A stretch of DNA of 64,000 bases from Myxococcota bacterium (lineage in GTDB: Bacteria; Myxococcota_A; Polyangia; Nannocystales; Nannocystaceae): positions 64,001 to 128,000 of the forward strand of contig JBCCHT010000012.1 of assembly GCA_039028615.1 (NCBI GenBank). Direction: 5' to 3'. Within the stretch, counting starts at the first letter, position 1; each line of letters starts with the position of its first letter. Shown one piece after another: positions 62,362 through 64,000 of this stretch. A model generated the notes under the pieces. That model did not search any database. It had not been told where the DNA came from and saw only the letters and a list, made by a program, of their open reading frames with translations. The position numbers and the translations under genes are program-made.

Positions 62362-62849
62362 GGGGAGGCCGGCCTTTTCTTTGTGGCACCACTTTGGGTG
62401 CGACGCGATCCTAGCAGCCCGTCCGAGGGCGGCGCGAGCACGCGGGGCGGGTGAGCGTCGAGGCGTGCGATCGAGCCCGGCCCGTGACGACCGACCACGC
62501 CCCGAATTGCCCCGCGTGTGACGACCAGCACGGGCGACGTCGGGCGGGCGGCCTTGGGGTACCTGGCTCCATCTGTCACGCGGGCCGGCCGATCCCGAAC
62601 GACGGTTCGCGGCGCGCTCACGTCGCCGCGATCGAACTCGACCGCGACGGCACCACCGAGCACCGCCCCGTCGCTGGGCACGGAAGCGACGCGACGATGC
62701 ACTCACCGCTCAACCCCTCGAAACTGCTGTGCCCAGGTTGCTACGAGGAACGCGAGGCACCGCGCGCAGGGGGCTGCCTCACGGAGGGTGGGGGTGCACG
62801 GGCGGGCCTTGTGCCTCGACGGCCCCGCCGGCTGTGGTAGAGCCGGGTC

Positions 62850-64000
62850 ATGGCACTCGAGGCGACGCCCTACCTGTTGTCCATCGATCACCTGCTCACC
62901 GAGGAAGAGCGCCTCGTCTGGGAGTCGGCTCGCGACTTTGGTCGACGACGCATCGCCCCCTCCATCGAGAAGCACTACGAGGACGCCACCTTCCCGCGCG
63001 AGCTGATCCCCGAGTTCGCCGAGATGGGCTTTTTGGGCGCGCCCTACACCGGCTATGGCTGTGCCGGCATGAGCCCCGTCGCCTACGGGCTGACCATGGT
63101 CGAGCTCGAGCGCCAGGACAGCGGCATCCGCTCGTTCTGCTCCGTCCAGACCGCGCTGGCGATGTACCCGATCTACGCCTACGGCACCGAGGCCCAAAAA
63201 GAGCGCTTCCTGCCGGGCATGGCCAAGGGCGAGCTCATCGGCTGCTTCGGCCTCACCGAGCCCAACGCGGGCAGCGACCCCGGCTCGATGGTCACCCACG
63301 CCAAGCAGGACGGGCCCGACGGCGACTACATCCTCAACGGGGCCAAGTTCTGGATCACCAACAGCCCCATCGCCGACCTGGCCATCGTGTGGGCCAAGAC
63401 CCTCGACCACGGCTCCGAGGCCCCGGTCATCCGCGGCTTCATCGTCGAGCGCAACATGAAGGGCGTGTCGACCCCGGAGACCAAGGGCAAGCTGAGCATG
63501 CGGGCCTCGATCACCGGTGAGATCGTCCTCGACGAGGTGCGCGTGCCCAAGGAGAACCTCCTGCCGGGCGTGTCGGGTCTCAAGGGCCCGCTGTCGTGCC
63601 TCACCCAGGCCCGCTACGGCATCGGCTGGGGCGTGCTCGGAGCGGCCATGGACGTGTACGAGCGCGCGCGCCAGTACACCATCGACCGCGTGCAGTTCGA
63701 CCGCCCCCTGGCCAGCTTCCAGCTCACCCAGCGCAAGCTCGTCGAGTTGCACAACGAGATCGGCAAGGGCCTGTTGCTCGCCATGCACTTCGGTCGGCTC
63801 AAGGAGCAGGGCAAGCTCACCCCGCTGCAGGTCTCCTATCTCAAGCGCGACAACGTGCGCATGGCTCTCGAAGCCGCCCGCACCGCTCGAGCCATGCTCG
63901 GTGGAAACGGGATCATGGGCGAGTTCCACATCATGCGGCACATGTGCAATCTCGAGACGGTCTTCACCTACGAGGGCACGCACGAGGTGCACACGCTGGC
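62850..64000 (+). CDS. Acyl-CoA dehydrogenase, glutaryl-CoA dehydrogenase-like (3' partial; absent from the ORF track)
   Basis: ATG 62850: MALEATPYLLSIDHLLTEEE..GCFGLTEPNAGSDP..WITNSP..LRASITG-like..TYEGTHEVH; runs off the window. Confidence 0.9.
   Translation, partial: MALEATPYLLSIDHLLTEEERLVWESARDFGRRRIAPSIEKHYEDATFPRELIPEFAEMGFLGAPYTGYGCAGMSPVAYGLTMVELERQDSGIRSFCSVQTALAMYPIYAYGTEAQKERFLPGMAKGELIGCFGLTEPNAGSDPGSMVTHAKQDGPDGDYILNGAKFWITNSPIADLAIVWAKTLDHGSEAPVIRGFIVERNMKGVSTPETKGKLSMRASITGEIVLDEVRVPKENLLPGVSGLKGPLSCLTQARYGIGWGVLGAAMDVYERARQYTIDRVQFDRPLASFQLTQRKLVELHNEIGKGLLLAMHFGRLKEQGKLTPLQVSYLKRDNVRMALEAARTARAMLGGNGIMGEFHIMRHMCNLETVFTYEGTHEVHTL

Noticed and set aside
62703..63992. 429-aa minus-strand ORF
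   Set aside because: Shadow of the plus-strand acyl-CoA dehydrogenase that runs off the window.

Overview
GC-rich chromosomal segment, inferred to come from a myxobacterium (Nannocystaceae-like gene content: GltG-like FHA/TonB protein, AgmX/PglI-type C-termini, ECF/FecR module, many lipoproteins). No rRNA, tRNA, CRISPR or mobile element was recognised. Main blocks: (i) mixed metabolic/envelope genes (SGNH esterase, PspA-TetR, RRM protein, two Rieske oxygenase alpha paralogs of which one is degenerate, group II PLP decarboxylase, PhoD); (ii) a two-gene 2-hydroxyacyl-CoA dehydratase/activator-type module preceded by a nested palindromic operator array; (iii) an oxidative-stress region: Grx-rhodanese-NifU fusion, oxyR, exported katG with an OxyR box, and an ahpC-PepSY-rpsD unit that links a cysteine-free S4 paralog to peroxiredoxin behind OxyR- and Fur/PerR-like sites; (iv) a branched-chain amino acid operon (leuB-like pseudoenzyme, ilvD, ilvC, ilvG, ilvM, short leuA, leuC, leuD, leuB) headed by an unannotated 45-aa Val/Leu/Ile-rich leader peptide with a clear terminator/antiterminator attenuator; (v) a partial glutaryl-CoA-type acyl-CoA dehydrogenase. 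Family calls come from motif recognition by eye, not from database searches.
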